Virus record (IMG/VR): IMGVR_UViG_3300044822_000018
Coordinates: 1 to 51,152 of that record
Strand: one strand, 5' to 3'
From: a virus
Lineage: Duplodnaviria > Caudoviricetes
Length of the DNA stretch: 51,152 bases
Below are positions 1-8,120 of the stretch, one piece after another. The notes under the pieces are model-generated. The model was not told where the DNA came from, did not search any database, and was given only the letters and a program-made list of their open reading frames with translations. The translations under genes were made by a program, and so were the position numbers. Every line of letters begins with the position of its first letter. The first letter of the stretch is position 1.

Positions 1-127
1 GGCTTTAATTTCTTCGGCTGTTTCAGCCATTGTTTGCTCCTGCAAGTTTGAGTAATCTTAAACGCAGTTCACGCATAGCGTCGATGTGTCCTTGATGAAG
101 TGCAGCGTCAACATAGCAGCCGGTACG
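1..127. repeat. 127-bp terminal direct repeat (copy 1), indicating a circular contig
   Basis: 1-127 is identical to 51026-51152; ORF 23..256 runs across the join into the scaffold gene start. Confidence 0.97.
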
Positions 128-256
128 CGCGGCTTTCGCGACTAAATCTTGCCTATCTTCGACAATTTCGTGCATAACTTTTTCAACAAACTGCCAAGTT
201 TCTGAGTCTAACAAGTCGGCAAGGTCGTTTTTGTCGTCTTGAGTCATTAGGCGCAT
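23..256 (-). CDS. small conserved-position protein between portal and scaffold
   Basis: 77-aa helical ORF abutting the portal stop; its stop overlaps the scaffold ATG (ATGGCTGA) across the circle join. Confidence 0.7.
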   Translation of the reverse strand: MRLMTQDDKNDLADLLDSETWQFVEKVMHEIVEDRQDLVAKAARTGCYVDAALHQGHIDAMRELRLRLLKLAGANNG

Positions 257-257
257 T

Positions 258-2210
258 TTAGTGCTTGCCGTTCATAGCGTGTTGCTGTTGATTATTTTGA
301 GGATGCTGACCTGGCGGCGGCTGTCCGTGGGCTGCCGCCTGTTGAGCGGCCTGTTGTTGTTTTTGCAAGATTTGCTCTAGCTGCTCTTTGGTGCCGATCA
401 ACGTATCTACGTCTGAGTAGCCTGCGGATTCCAAAACTTTGCGCGTTATGGCGAACATTTTCATTGGGTCCTGCATGACTAACGGGTTTTGCATAAGAAG
501 CTGATAGATGCCCATATCTTGATTTAGCCGCGATTGGGCATCCACAGGGTCAGTTGCACCCGAAACGTCGAGCCGATAGTCCAATCCCATAATTTCAGGT
601 GAAATGGTAAAAAGCTGGCCTTGATTGTCCGTACCTTGAATGTCAGCATTGGTGTATTGTAGTTTGAGCCGGTGGACGAAGTTGAACAATGCGCGACACG
701 AAACTCTAAACCTAATGGCAACCAAGTCATTTCGCGTACCTGTTGAAGCGGCTTGGGTTTTTACTTCGCTTGCGCTGCGTCGTCCTGAGCTTTGCGCGCC
801 GATCATCGGCTGTCCTTGACCCGTAACTTGCGTGACATAGTTCATAAGAAGGCTTTCTTCTTGCGAACTTGCCAGGGGAATGTCGCTGAGTTGAATGACT
901 TCGGGTTTAGCCGTACCTTCCCACATGACGCCCGGTGCCCAAGTCTGTTCTCCGTCATGCAGTTCGGTGCCTGTTGGGATAAATAACGGCGGATCAATGC
1001 GTAAGTCAACGGCGTTGTTACGGTCGTTGTTCATTTTGTTGATTTGACCAACAAGCGCCGTCAAACGCTCGATAAACGAATATCCGGCAAACTGATCTTC
1101 GCGCGGAGCCCACGAATACTCAAAAAACGGGCGTTCGTGCGGATTTGGGTAGTCATACGGCATCCAACCCAACAGTTCTTGAGTCAAATAGTCGTAATAA
1201 AATATATTCTCTTCGCAAATGCCGTCGCCGTCCATATCGTATTCGCGAGAGTGTATTCTGTAAACCAGTACTGGCCCGCGATTACGAAAGAACGGCGAAT
1301 TGTGACTTCCTTGAGACAAGTATGGATTAACCTGTTTGCCGGTCGTCTTGTCGTAAACCCCTTGAATGTCAGTAGATATGCCGTCTTGTGACCCACTTTC
1401 AACGTAAGAAAGAGAACGCTCCACGGCGTCAGCCCAAAGCGTGCCCGCCTCGATCATTTCTAACAGTTCGCCCTCGTACAAAAACATTTTGCGCCACACG
1501 GCAGCGGCTTCGTTGATGCTAGGCGCTGTTGCGGGCAATACGCCAAAGTCTTTTAGTTTAAGAGCCTGAAGCCTAACGTCATCGTACAGCGTTTCTTCGA
1601 TCTGTTTTTCGACGTATTCGTAACGCTGCTGCATATTATCCTGGTCGATAACAGGCACGCCGTCGTTTTGAACAGGTTGGCGAATCTTAACTGTTCGACG
1701 TGTCTTTTTGCGAACCCAAACGGCTTCCATTATGCTTGTACCGCCGTGAAAGCTCTTATTCAGCCAGGAGATAAGTTCTTCAAACCAAGTATCGCTGCCG
1801 CGTTGGCGGACTAATTCGGTGTTGTAATACCGTTCTATCAGATAAGCATGGGGCTGCGCGTCTTGCGTGTTACCAGACACGATAAAAAAACGCGGTACTA
1901 ACGTGCGCGCCGCAATATACGCCAGGGCAGTTTCTAGTTGGGCCGGAATGATCGGCACGCAAATATTTGAAGCATCGTCCCACGGCTCGTTTTGCTGTGG
2001 GTCTAGCTCCATCTCAAACAGTTTTTCCCAATCATCGAGATTACGGTCAAGAGCGGCACGCGCGGCTATGCCAGCGATCATGCCGTTCATCAAGTCGGTA
2101 CTCAACAGTTGGCGCTCGTCCAACGAAAGTTTGCGCTTGGGCGAAGCATAGCTGATTTGCGGGTCATCTGGTTGGATCGTGCTGGTTGTCACGATCTTGG
2201 GTTTTGCCAT
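258..2210 (-). CDS. portal protein (P22-like)
   Basis: About 650 aa downstream of TerL; RPFFEYSWAPREDQFAGYSF and Q-rich C-terminal tail typical of podoviral portals; start placed at MAKPK (2210). Confidence 0.85.
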   Translation of the reverse strand: MAKPKIVTTSTIQPDDPQISYASPKRKLSLDERQLLSTDLMNGMIAGIAARAALDRNLDDWEKLFEMELDPQQNEPWDDASNICVPIIPAQLETALAYIAARTLVPRFFIVSGNTQDAQPHAYLIERYYNTELVRQRGSDTWFEELISWLNKSFHGGTSIMEAVWVRKKTRRTVKIRQPVQNDGVPVIDQDNMQQRYEYVEKQIEETLYDDVRLQALKLKDFGVLPATAPSINEAAAVWRKMFLYEGELLEMIEAGTLWADAVERSLSYVESGSQDGISTDIQGVYDKTTGKQVNPYLSQGSHNSPFFRNRGPVLVYRIHSREYDMDGDGICEENIFYYDYLTQELLGWMPYDYPNPHERPFFEYSWAPREDQFAGYSFIERLTALVGQINKMNNDRNNAVDLRIDPPLFIPTGTELHDGEQTWAPGVMWEGTAKPEVIQLSDIPLASSQEESLLMNYVTQVTGQGQPMIGAQSSGRRSASEVKTQAASTGTRNDLVAIRFRVSCRALFNFVHRLKLQYTNADIQGTDNQGQLFTISPEIMGLDYRLDVSGATDPVDAQSRLNQDMGIYQLLMQNPLVMQDPMKMFAITRKVLESAGYSDVDTLIGTKEQLEQILQKQQQAAQQAAAHGQPPPGQHPQNNQQQHAMNGKH

Positions 2211-2217
2211 CGCCGCT

Positions 2218-2246
2218 AGTATACGACAGAAGCCGCCTGTTTCCAA
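2218..2246 (-). promoter_or_regulatory. putative sigma70 promoter for a leaderless portal mRNA
   Basis: TTGGAA-17 nt-TATACT, then 7 nt, then ATG (2210); no Shine-Dalgarno; overlaps an 8-bp stem GAAGCCGC/GCGGCTTC (2229-2254). Confidence 0.45.
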
Positions 2247-2279
2247 GCGGCTTCCAGATTAGCCAGCACCGGCTAATTC

Positions 2280-2474
2280 TTAGGCTTTAGGGACTTTTGC
2301 GCCTTTGTAATGCAGTTGCGTGTTCAAGTGTCCCGACGTTTGACGATGCCCGAGTCCGTAAATGCCCATGTTCGGCACTTTGTTTTTACCTGGTTTCATG
2401 GTTGACGGAGCCACAGAAGTGCCTTTGCCGAACATTTTGGCGGTTTTAACCTTGTGGCCTTTCATCTTCTCCAC
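2280..2474 (-). CDS. small Lys-rich basic protein
   Basis: 64 aa, K/G/M-rich, tightly packed with neighbours. Confidence 0.65.
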   Translation of the reverse strand: MEKMKGHKVKTAKMFGKGTSVAPSTMKPGKNKVPNMGIYGLGHRQTSGHLNTQLHYKGAKVPKA

Positions 2475-2475
2475 G

Positions 2476-2661
2476 CTACTGGCCCATCAATTCGCGCAGT
2501 TTTTTGCTGGCCTGCGACGGGCGCTTGTAGCCACCGCCTTGGTTCATCTGCGCCGACAAACCCGCTTTGACGCTGCCGGTAAGTTTTGAGCCCTGGCCCA
2601 TTTTAACAGCCAAAGAACCAACATGGCTGTCACCGACTTTTTTGTTGTTGATTCCGGTCAC
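2476..2661 (-). CDS. small basic protein
   Basis: 61 aa, GGGAG RBS before GTG, K/G/S-rich. Confidence 0.65.
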   Translation of the reverse strand: MTGINNKKVGDSHVGSLAVKMGQGSKLTGSVKAGLSAQMNQGGGYKRPSQASKKLRELMGQ

Positions 2662-2714
2662 GTTGTCTCCCTATCATCCCGAAAAAGCCGTCTAGCGGCG
2701 ACACACAGAGCATA

Positions 2715-4364
2715 TCATGCGCGCAGGCGTTGTGTCGAGCGTCCGGTGTGACTTAGCGCGCGGCCTAGCACAGCCTCAACAGGCGTACCGCCGCCCCAAG
2801 AGATGCGTTCTTCTTCGGCTTCTAAGTGCGCGTATTGCTCGTACATGGCTTTGGTTGTAGCGGGCTTCGCGACTACTCGCTGCATCGCCAGGGAGTCGAT
2901 AACGTCGTCGAGATTGTTGGGTACGTCAGGCCAGGCGTTGAGTTGCCGGTATAAGTCGCCTGTTGTTCCACGGCGCAGATAGATTTTGCCTTCTCTAAAT
3001 CGAGGTTCCAGCGATTCAATGCGCTGCGCTTTGCCGCGTTTGCCTCGTTGCTCGTCGCGAAGTGCGCTATAACCCACAAGTTTGATGTGCTTATGATCTT
3101 CGAGTCCATCGTTTAGTTCCTTGATGCCCAAGCTAAGACGGGCGGTAAATTCCGCGTCTGCTCCCGCCGACTCTTGGACAACGACTTTTGGTTGGTAATA
3201 TCGGATAAGATACAGCACGCGAGCAGCTTGCTCGGATGGAAGTTTGCGAAAACCTTCACTATGTAAAACCCACCAACAGTCGTCTGCATCGCAACCAAGA
3301 ATAGTTACTCCCATTTGGTCGTTTGTTGGATTGCTCATTAAGGCCGGATCAATAGTCATTGTCACGAAAACAGGTATGTTTGCCACCTGTTGCTTATCTT
3401 CGTAGACTACGATAGGAAACGGACTGTGAAAATAGTCAAACTCGCGTTGCGGTATGCTTGTGAATACTTTTAAGCCTTCTTCAAAGGGTTGGTTTAAGTA
3501 CCACGACGCGAATAGCTTAGTTTCTAGAGATGCGCGCTGTTGCTCAAGAAATTTTTCGGTAATGGACGCAGGGAAAAACAAGTCACCGCTAACGGTGTAC
3601 GCGCCGCGAATGTAAGTTCGCCATTGTCGCGCAGTTGTAGGGTCAGGTTTGCCTTCAGTCCAACCATCGGCGGCGGCTTGCTCCAATGCGTCATCGTTAT
3701 CCATGACCCAACCGTACAGATCATTCGCTGCCCATCTAGTTCCAGATAGGACGATGCTTCCGTGCGTTTCGAGAACCGGAAACATTGATTGTATAGTTGT
3801 TCGGCCCGCCTGTTTAGCAGCGTCAGACAGGTAATTATTCTCGTTAACAAAGTCGTCCCCGAAGATTAAGTCTAAATGCTGTCCGGTGAGTGACGAACCA
3901 AGTCCAAACGTATCGACAGTTGGTTCGTGAAAAGCGCGTGTACGAGTGTTGACCACAATCTGATCGGCCGACCAAATTGGGGCGTCTTTTGATAAGTCAC
4001 CGAAAATTTCCAAGATGACAGGGTATTTGAGCTTCTGCTTAACCTCAAAAAGAAGCCCACGGGCCAGTTGCGCCGTCGCACGCCCGAGTCCGATGCGAAT
4101 ATTAGGATTTCGTAGTATACAATAGATAATGAAAGCCACCACCAAAGAAGTTTTATATGTTTTCCGTGGCGCAAGATATAGCTCTTTGTGTTGAACTCCA
4201 GTTCCTGGTATGGGCTCGCAACGCTCAAGTTCATCGCACATTTCCTTGTGTGGTTGTTCATAGATAGGATAAATAATGCCCGAGTCACGGCAAAATATAA
4301 AAAACGACGAGAGTATGTATTCTCGTCTTGTCGCCTTTGCCCAAAGATGAACTATTTTACTCAT
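2715..4364 (-). CDS. terL: terminase large subunit
   Basis: Walker A-like LAPRKTYKTS, Walker B DLIFGDD, coupling motif GTRW, nuclease motifs TIDPA and DDVIDSLA. Confidence 0.92.
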   Translation of the reverse strand: MSKIVHLWAKATRREYILSSFFIFCRDSGIIYPIYEQPHKEMCDELERCEPIPGTGVQHKELYLAPRKTYKTSLVVAFIIYCILRNPNIRIGLGRATAQLARGLLFEVKQKLKYPVILEIFGDLSKDAPIWSADQIVVNTRTRAFHEPTVDTFGLGSSLTGQHLDLIFGDDFVNENNYLSDAAKQAGRTTIQSMFPVLETHGSIVLSGTRWAANDLYGWVMDNDDALEQAAADGWTEGKPDPTTARQWRTYIRGAYTVSGDLFFPASITEKFLEQQRASLETKLFASWYLNQPFEEGLKVFTSIPQREFDYFHSPFPIVVYEDKQQVANIPVFVTMTIDPALMSNPTNDQMGVTILGCDADDCWWVLHSEGFRKLPSEQAARVLYLIRYYQPKVVVQESAGADAEFTARLSLGIKELNDGLEDHKHIKLVGYSALRDEQRGKRGKAQRIESLEPRFREGKIYLRRGTTGDLYRQLNAWPDVPNNLDDVIDSLAMQRVVAKPATTKAMYEQYAHLEAEEERISWGGGTPVEAVLGRALSHTGRSTQRLRA

Positions 4365-4552
4365 CGCATGAGTTTTGGAACGCGAACTGTCGTGTCATGG
4401 ATGCGTGCCTGTTGCCAAGCCAATTCCGCAGTATTTCGCGTATCCGCCTGTTTTTTCTTGCTCTCACACTCTCTGCAATGCGTCGGTGACGATTCAGAAT
4501 CGTATTTTGGCCGGAAGAATTTCGCCTCACAGACGACGCAAAAATGATACAC
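4361..4552 (-). CDS. small zinc-ribbon protein
   Basis: CVVC...CREC; ATGA overlap with terL start. Confidence 0.65.
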   Translation of the reverse strand: MYHFCVVCEAKFFRPKYDSESSPTHCRECESKKKQADTRNTAELAWQQARIHDTTVRVPKLMR

Positions 4553-4553
4553 C

Positions 4554-5243
4554 TCATGCCTCGCTTATCGCTGTCTCTTGAAGCAGTTTAGCGTATTGTT
4601 CTGGGCCTAGACTCGATTGCAACATGCGCTGATAGAGTTTTGCCTGTTCGATGCTTGGCGCTTCAACCTCGCCGCTAAGTTCTTTCTTAGAATCGTCGAT
4701 CACTTTCTGCCAGCCACGCTTTTGGCGTTCGCGACGTTCTTCGGCTTCTTGATCGTTGACGAGCTTGACGAATTTCATGGCGGCTTGAACCATCAACGCT
4801 TTGTCTTTAACGTCGCCTAGCAAGGAGTCGTTAAGTCCGACCTCGATAACATGCGTAGCCGAGTTAAGTATGCGCGCTTTCGCCTGTTCCGCGCTCCGCT
4901 GGTGCAAGCGCATAAGCAACATTTGCACACAATCGGCTCGCCAAGCCTTAGACGCGCGTATGCGAGTTTCCGGCGCGTTGGGAGAGAGTCGTGCGGCAAT
5001 TCCATAAGCTGTAACAATGAGACTTGGCGTTGCTGATTGGCGTTGAACTGAGGACAGGTAGTGTATAGCACAGACAAACCGAGCAAGTATTTCATCCCCG
5101 TCAAAGTTGTTGGTAAATTCTTCGCGGTCAACTTGGGGCAGCGCGCGCCACCAACGCAAAAAAGCGCCTTCGTCTAAATCCCAAAGTACGCCTGTTGACG
5201 AGATTGGTAGCGCAGGCGCTAACTCAAAGTCGTTGTCCAGCAC
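4554..5243 (-). CDS. helical protein, candidate terminase small subunit
   Basis: 229 aa, all-alpha composition, just upstream of terL; function inferred from position only. Confidence 0.45.
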   Translation of the reverse strand: MLDNDFELAPALPISSTGVLWDLDEGAFLRWWRALPQVDREEFTNNFDGDEILARFVCAIHYLSSVQRQSATPSLIVTAYGIAARLSPNAPETRIRASKAWRADCVQMLLMRLHQRSAEQAKARILNSATHVIEVGLNDSLLGDVKDKALMVQAAMKFVKLVNDQEAEERRERQKRGWQKVIDDSKKELSGEVEAPSIEQAKLYQRMLQSSLGPEQYAKLLQETAISEA

Positions 5244-5357
5244 TTATTTTTTCTTTTTCTTTTTTCCCATCATCTTAGGGTCCATCATCTTTTTGCCCAT
5301 CGCCATCATATCAGGCATCTTCTTCTTGCCTTTTTTCTTCTTGCCTTTGGCGGGCAT
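5244..5357 (-). CDS. 37-aa Lys/Met micro-protein (not in ORF track)
   Basis: Hand translation MPAKGKKKKGKKKMPDMMAMGKKMMDPKMMGKKKKKK*; TAA abuts the next GTG; possible TTG start at 5375. Confidence 0.65.
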   Translation of the reverse strand: MPAKGKKKKGKKKMPDMMAMGKKMMDPKMMGKKKKKK

Positions 5358-5377
5358 TTCTTTGTCGTCTTTCAAGA

Positions 5378-6028
5378 CTAACTCGCTTTCTTTTTGCGTG
5401 ATTTTGCTAGTTCCGATGGGCGCTTTGGGGTTGTTTCGACTTTACTCGATGCGGACTTAGGGATGCGTTTTGAGGCTGGCATATTGCCGCCGCCACCGGG
5501 TTTAGCGGCTTTGCGCGATGTGTTAGTCCTTTTATCGGCTTCGGCGTTTGCCTTAGCGTTTTTCTCGGCTTTGGTTACTCTGCCTTTGGGCAAAGCGCGT
5601 TGACCGCTTTTGAGTTGTTTGGCACTAGATAGAGATTTGGCGCTTGTAAGCGCGGATTTGCTGCTGGGGAGGGCAGGGCGTTGAGTGACGTTCTTGACGC
5701 TGGCTGACCCGCTGCGGCGTCCCGCAGAGCGCGCAAGGCCGCTTCCGGCGCGCTTGGCAAGGTCACCACCGACAGATTCGGCGGCGTCCACCGCCGCTCG
5801 TCCTCGTCCGCCTCCGGCCAAGGTTGCGACGGTTCCAAGAGCAATTTTATCAGTTGCGTTAGAATCGACGGAGTGGCTTTTTTTGCCAGCTTTGGCGTAG
5901 ATTTTATCGACTGTTGCTTGATCGCCTGTTTCTTCGGCGTGTTCACGCTGGGCAGAATAATATCGTTCTTTATAACGAGACTCAGATTCGCCCTTTTTTC
6001 TTTTCGGTGCCCATCCGGGGGTAGCCAC
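5378..6028 (-). CDS. K/A/S-rich basic protein (histone H1-like composition)
   Basis: 216 aa, strongly basic low-complexity C-terminal half. Confidence 0.7.
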   Translation of the reverse strand: MATPGWAPKRKKGESESRYKERYYSAQREHAEETGDQATVDKIYAKAGKKSHSVDSNATDKIALGTVATLAGGGRGRAAVDAAESVGGDLAKRAGSGLARSAGRRSGSASVKNVTQRPALPSSKSALTSAKSLSSAKQLKSGQRALPKGRVTKAEKNAKANAEADKRTNTSRKAAKPGGGGNMPASKRIPKSASSKVETTPKRPSELAKSRKKKAS

Positions 6029-6033
6029 ACTAA

Positions 6034-6201
6034 CTAGGCAGCTTTCTTGATCGCGATGGCGATAGGCCCGAGCGCGATTTTCTGCGTCCCAAGCGTCACA
6101 TCAAACTGCGGAATGTTGAGCGTGTACGACGAACCGGCCTCAAAAGCGGTAAACGCCTCAACCAGCGTTTGAACCAATGTGAGAATTTGCGCGAGTGACA
6201 T
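6034..6201 (-). CDS. 55-aa hypothetical protein
   Basis: MSLAQILTLVQ... preceded by AAGGAGA RBS; the longer track start overlaps the GroES-like gene. Confidence 0.6.
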   Translation of the reverse strand: MSLAQILTLVQTLVEAFTAFEAGSSYTLNIPQFDVTLGTQKIALGPIAIAIKKAA

Positions 6202-6217
6202 AATTGAGTCTCCTTGG

Positions 6218-6601
6218 TTAAATGGTTGCGGTGTAGAGTTGATGACTTGTTGCGCTGTCTGTTTCAACTTGGGCGGCATTACAATCATCGTCGGTGTCGG
6301 ATTCGAAGTCAAGGATTGCCCGGCAGTTGTCGATGTGGAGGACGTAGAGTGTAATGCCGGTGGCGGTGTCGGCTTCGTCGTAGGCGTGCTGCCTAAAGAC
6401 GACGACTGTTCCGGGGACGATTTCGGGTCGCCGATGTGCGACAGTTGGGTGGCATGATGTAACCAGGCCAAGAACTCTTGGTAAGCGTGCATGATGCTGG
6501 ACCTCGATCCCTGTCGGCGTAAAGCCGTCACCCGTGAGCGGTTCGATAAATACAGTATACGGCTGAAAAGGCAAATAGCTGCGATCGTCGTCATGGATCA
6601 T
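6218..6601 (-). CDS. GroES/Cpn10-like co-chaperonin
   Basis: VFIEPL...TPTGIEV mobile loop, GLVTS, IVPGTVVVF, LYVLHIDNCRAIL match the GroES pattern. Confidence 0.7.
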   Translation of the reverse strand: MIHDDDRSYLPFQPYTVFIEPLTGDGFTPTGIEVQHHARLPRVLGLVTSCHPTVAHRRPEIVPGTVVVFRQHAYDEADTATGITLYVLHIDNCRAILDFESDTDDDCNAAQVETDSATSHQLYTATI

Positions 6602-7149
6602 TCGGCCAAGCCCAAATCTTCTTCAACGGGAACAGGCGCAACAGGCATCGTGTCGATGCGCTGTAACTGCGGCGAATTGGGCAACGGCGTTGATATATCC
6701 GCCGCGATGCGCTGCATTTTCTGAGAATGAATATACGCCGGATCGTTTTCAGAGATTTCATCGACGATGCGCTCGACGAGCGGACGCGCGGCGCGCAGCG
6801 AGCCCGTCGTGAACGCCGTCGCCACTTTCGAGGGTTCGTTAAGCGCTTTGGCATACGCGCGCATGGGCGTGACTTTAACCAGGGCATCGCGGTCGGTACG
6901 CGCCGAGAACTCGCCGTAGCGTTGCAGGCCGTCAATCATGGCGTTTGTGGCTACGACGCTGACCGGCGTCGAATCAGCCTCAGCAATATCGCACAGGCGC
7001 TCAAAAACTTCGGGCAACACGCGCAATTTTAGCTCGACGCGGGCTTTTGCGGCCCGATTGAGCTTCATCGCGCGCTTACGCAGTTCGATAAGCTCTTGGT
7101 TTTCGGCCAACTTGGGCCGTCCGCGCTTTTTTACGGGCGGCGTCACCAT
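6598..7149 (-). CDS. DNA-binding protein (AT-hook-like plus ribbon-helix-helix)
   Basis: KKRGRPK, then LKLRVLPEVFERLCDIAEADSTPVSVVATNAM. Confidence 0.6.
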   Translation of the reverse strand: MVTPPVKKRGRPKLAENQELIELRKRAMKLNRAAKARVELKLRVLPEVFERLCDIAEADSTPVSVVATNAMIDGLQRYGEFSARTDRDALVKVTPMRAYAKALNEPSKVATAFTTGSLRAARPLVERIVDEISENDPAYIHSQKMQRIAADISTPLPNSPQLQRIDTMPVAPVPVEEDLGLAE

Positions 7150-7313
7150 ACGGTATGCCAAGACGAGTTATTTTTGCCCACGCGATAGCCTATGACCCAC
7201 CTAATAGCCCTGTCAAAACGATAATTGCAGGTTTTTCGGTCGAAGCACACCGGCGGTAAAGGGTTTGTGTCCACCTGATCGGACATAACCTGGCACATTA
7301 CACACGTAATCAT
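7143..7313 (-). CDS. 56-aa Cys-containing micro-protein (not in ORF track)
   Basis: Hand translation MITCVMCQVMSDQVDTNPLPPVCFDRKTCNYRF...HTVW*; overlaps both neighbours at start/stop. Confidence 0.5.
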   Translation of the reverse strand: MITCVMCQVMSDQVDTNPLPPVCFDRKTCNYRFDRAIRWVIGYRVGKNNSSWHTVW

Positions 7314-7714
7314 GCGGTTTTTTTCTTGTCAAAGTCCAAAAATGCCAAATCTTCGGCGGTATGCGCTGTCGAATCGGCATGATTGGGATACGCGCTAGGC
7401 GGCGGCGGGATATTTTTGTCGCCTTCTTGCGGTTGCACAAAGCAAAGCGACTCGATATAGCCAGGTATTTCCGACGTTGGCGGTTTGAGCGGCGCGACGC
7501 CTAGCGTATCGGGCCGAAAGTACGGATGCTCGAAGTCGGTTATGTAGCACAGGTACGCGCGCGTAAAATCTTCCATGAATTTGTTCATAGAGACATTGCG
7601 AATATAAGCATGAGCGCGTAAAACTGTCCAAATTTCAGGGGCGAAGCGCAGACTCATCGGCACCACGCCGTCTTTTGTTCTGCCTGTTCCTGGGGGTCGT
7701 CCTAATCTAGCCAC
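7310..7714 (-). CDS. ribbon-helix-helix (Arc-like) DNA-binding protein
   Basis: GRPPGTGR, then MSLRFAPEIWTVLRAHAYIRNVSMNKFMEDF. Confidence 0.65.
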   Translation of the reverse strand: MARLGRPPGTGRTKDGVVPMSLRFAPEIWTVLRAHAYIRNVSMNKFMEDFTRAYLCYITDFEHPYFRPDTLGVAPLKPPTSEIPGYIESLCFVQPQEGDKNIPPPPSAYPNHADSTAHTAEDLAFLDFDKKKTA

Positions 7715-8120
7715 GAATTTCCTCCGTTACGGTGTCAACTGCTTCTTCTGGGGTTTTACCCTCTGCCAGCCTAGCATACGCGCGCAATCCCAACCCAAGA
7801 ATCACATTTGTCACCGACGCAAGTGTGCGGCTCTCGGCGTGGGCGATTTCGCGCAAGGCGCGTTGCACAGCCGGATCAGCCCTGAGCATGAAGCGCCCCG
7901 GCAAGTTGCCCCCGCTTGGGTCGCGCTCGAACGTCGGCGGCTTGGCGTTCTTTAACAGGCGGCGAAGCTGGGAGAATTTGGGCCGCTCGACGGCCAGTAC
8001 AAGAGGCGGACCTTCGGGCGGTCTTGGAATTGGCCGATACTCTAAGTCTTTTAGTTGTTCGGCAAAACTGCGTTTTTCCATGCTGGCCTTTTCTAAGGGT
8101 GCGTGTAAGGACATAAACAC
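7707..8120 (-). CDS. ribbon-helix-helix (Arc-like) DNA-binding protein
   Basis: FMLRADPAVQRALREIAHAESRTLASVTNVIL. Confidence 0.65.
   Translation of the reverse strand: MFMSLHAPLEKASMEKRSFAEQLKDLEYRPIPRPPEGPPLVLAVERPKFSQLRRLLKNAKPPTFERDPSGGNLPGRFMLRADPAVQRALREIAHAESRTLASVTNVILGLGLRAYARLAEGKTPEEAVDTVTEEIRG

Noticed and set aside
1-127. Terminal repeat as a biological DTR
   Set aside because: 127 bp equals a common assembler k-mer and it falls inside coding sequence; best read as circular-assembly overlap.
6202-6594. 186-aa ORF 6034..6594 at full length
   Set aside because: The upstream part overlaps the GroES-like gene; a strong RBS supports the start at 6201.
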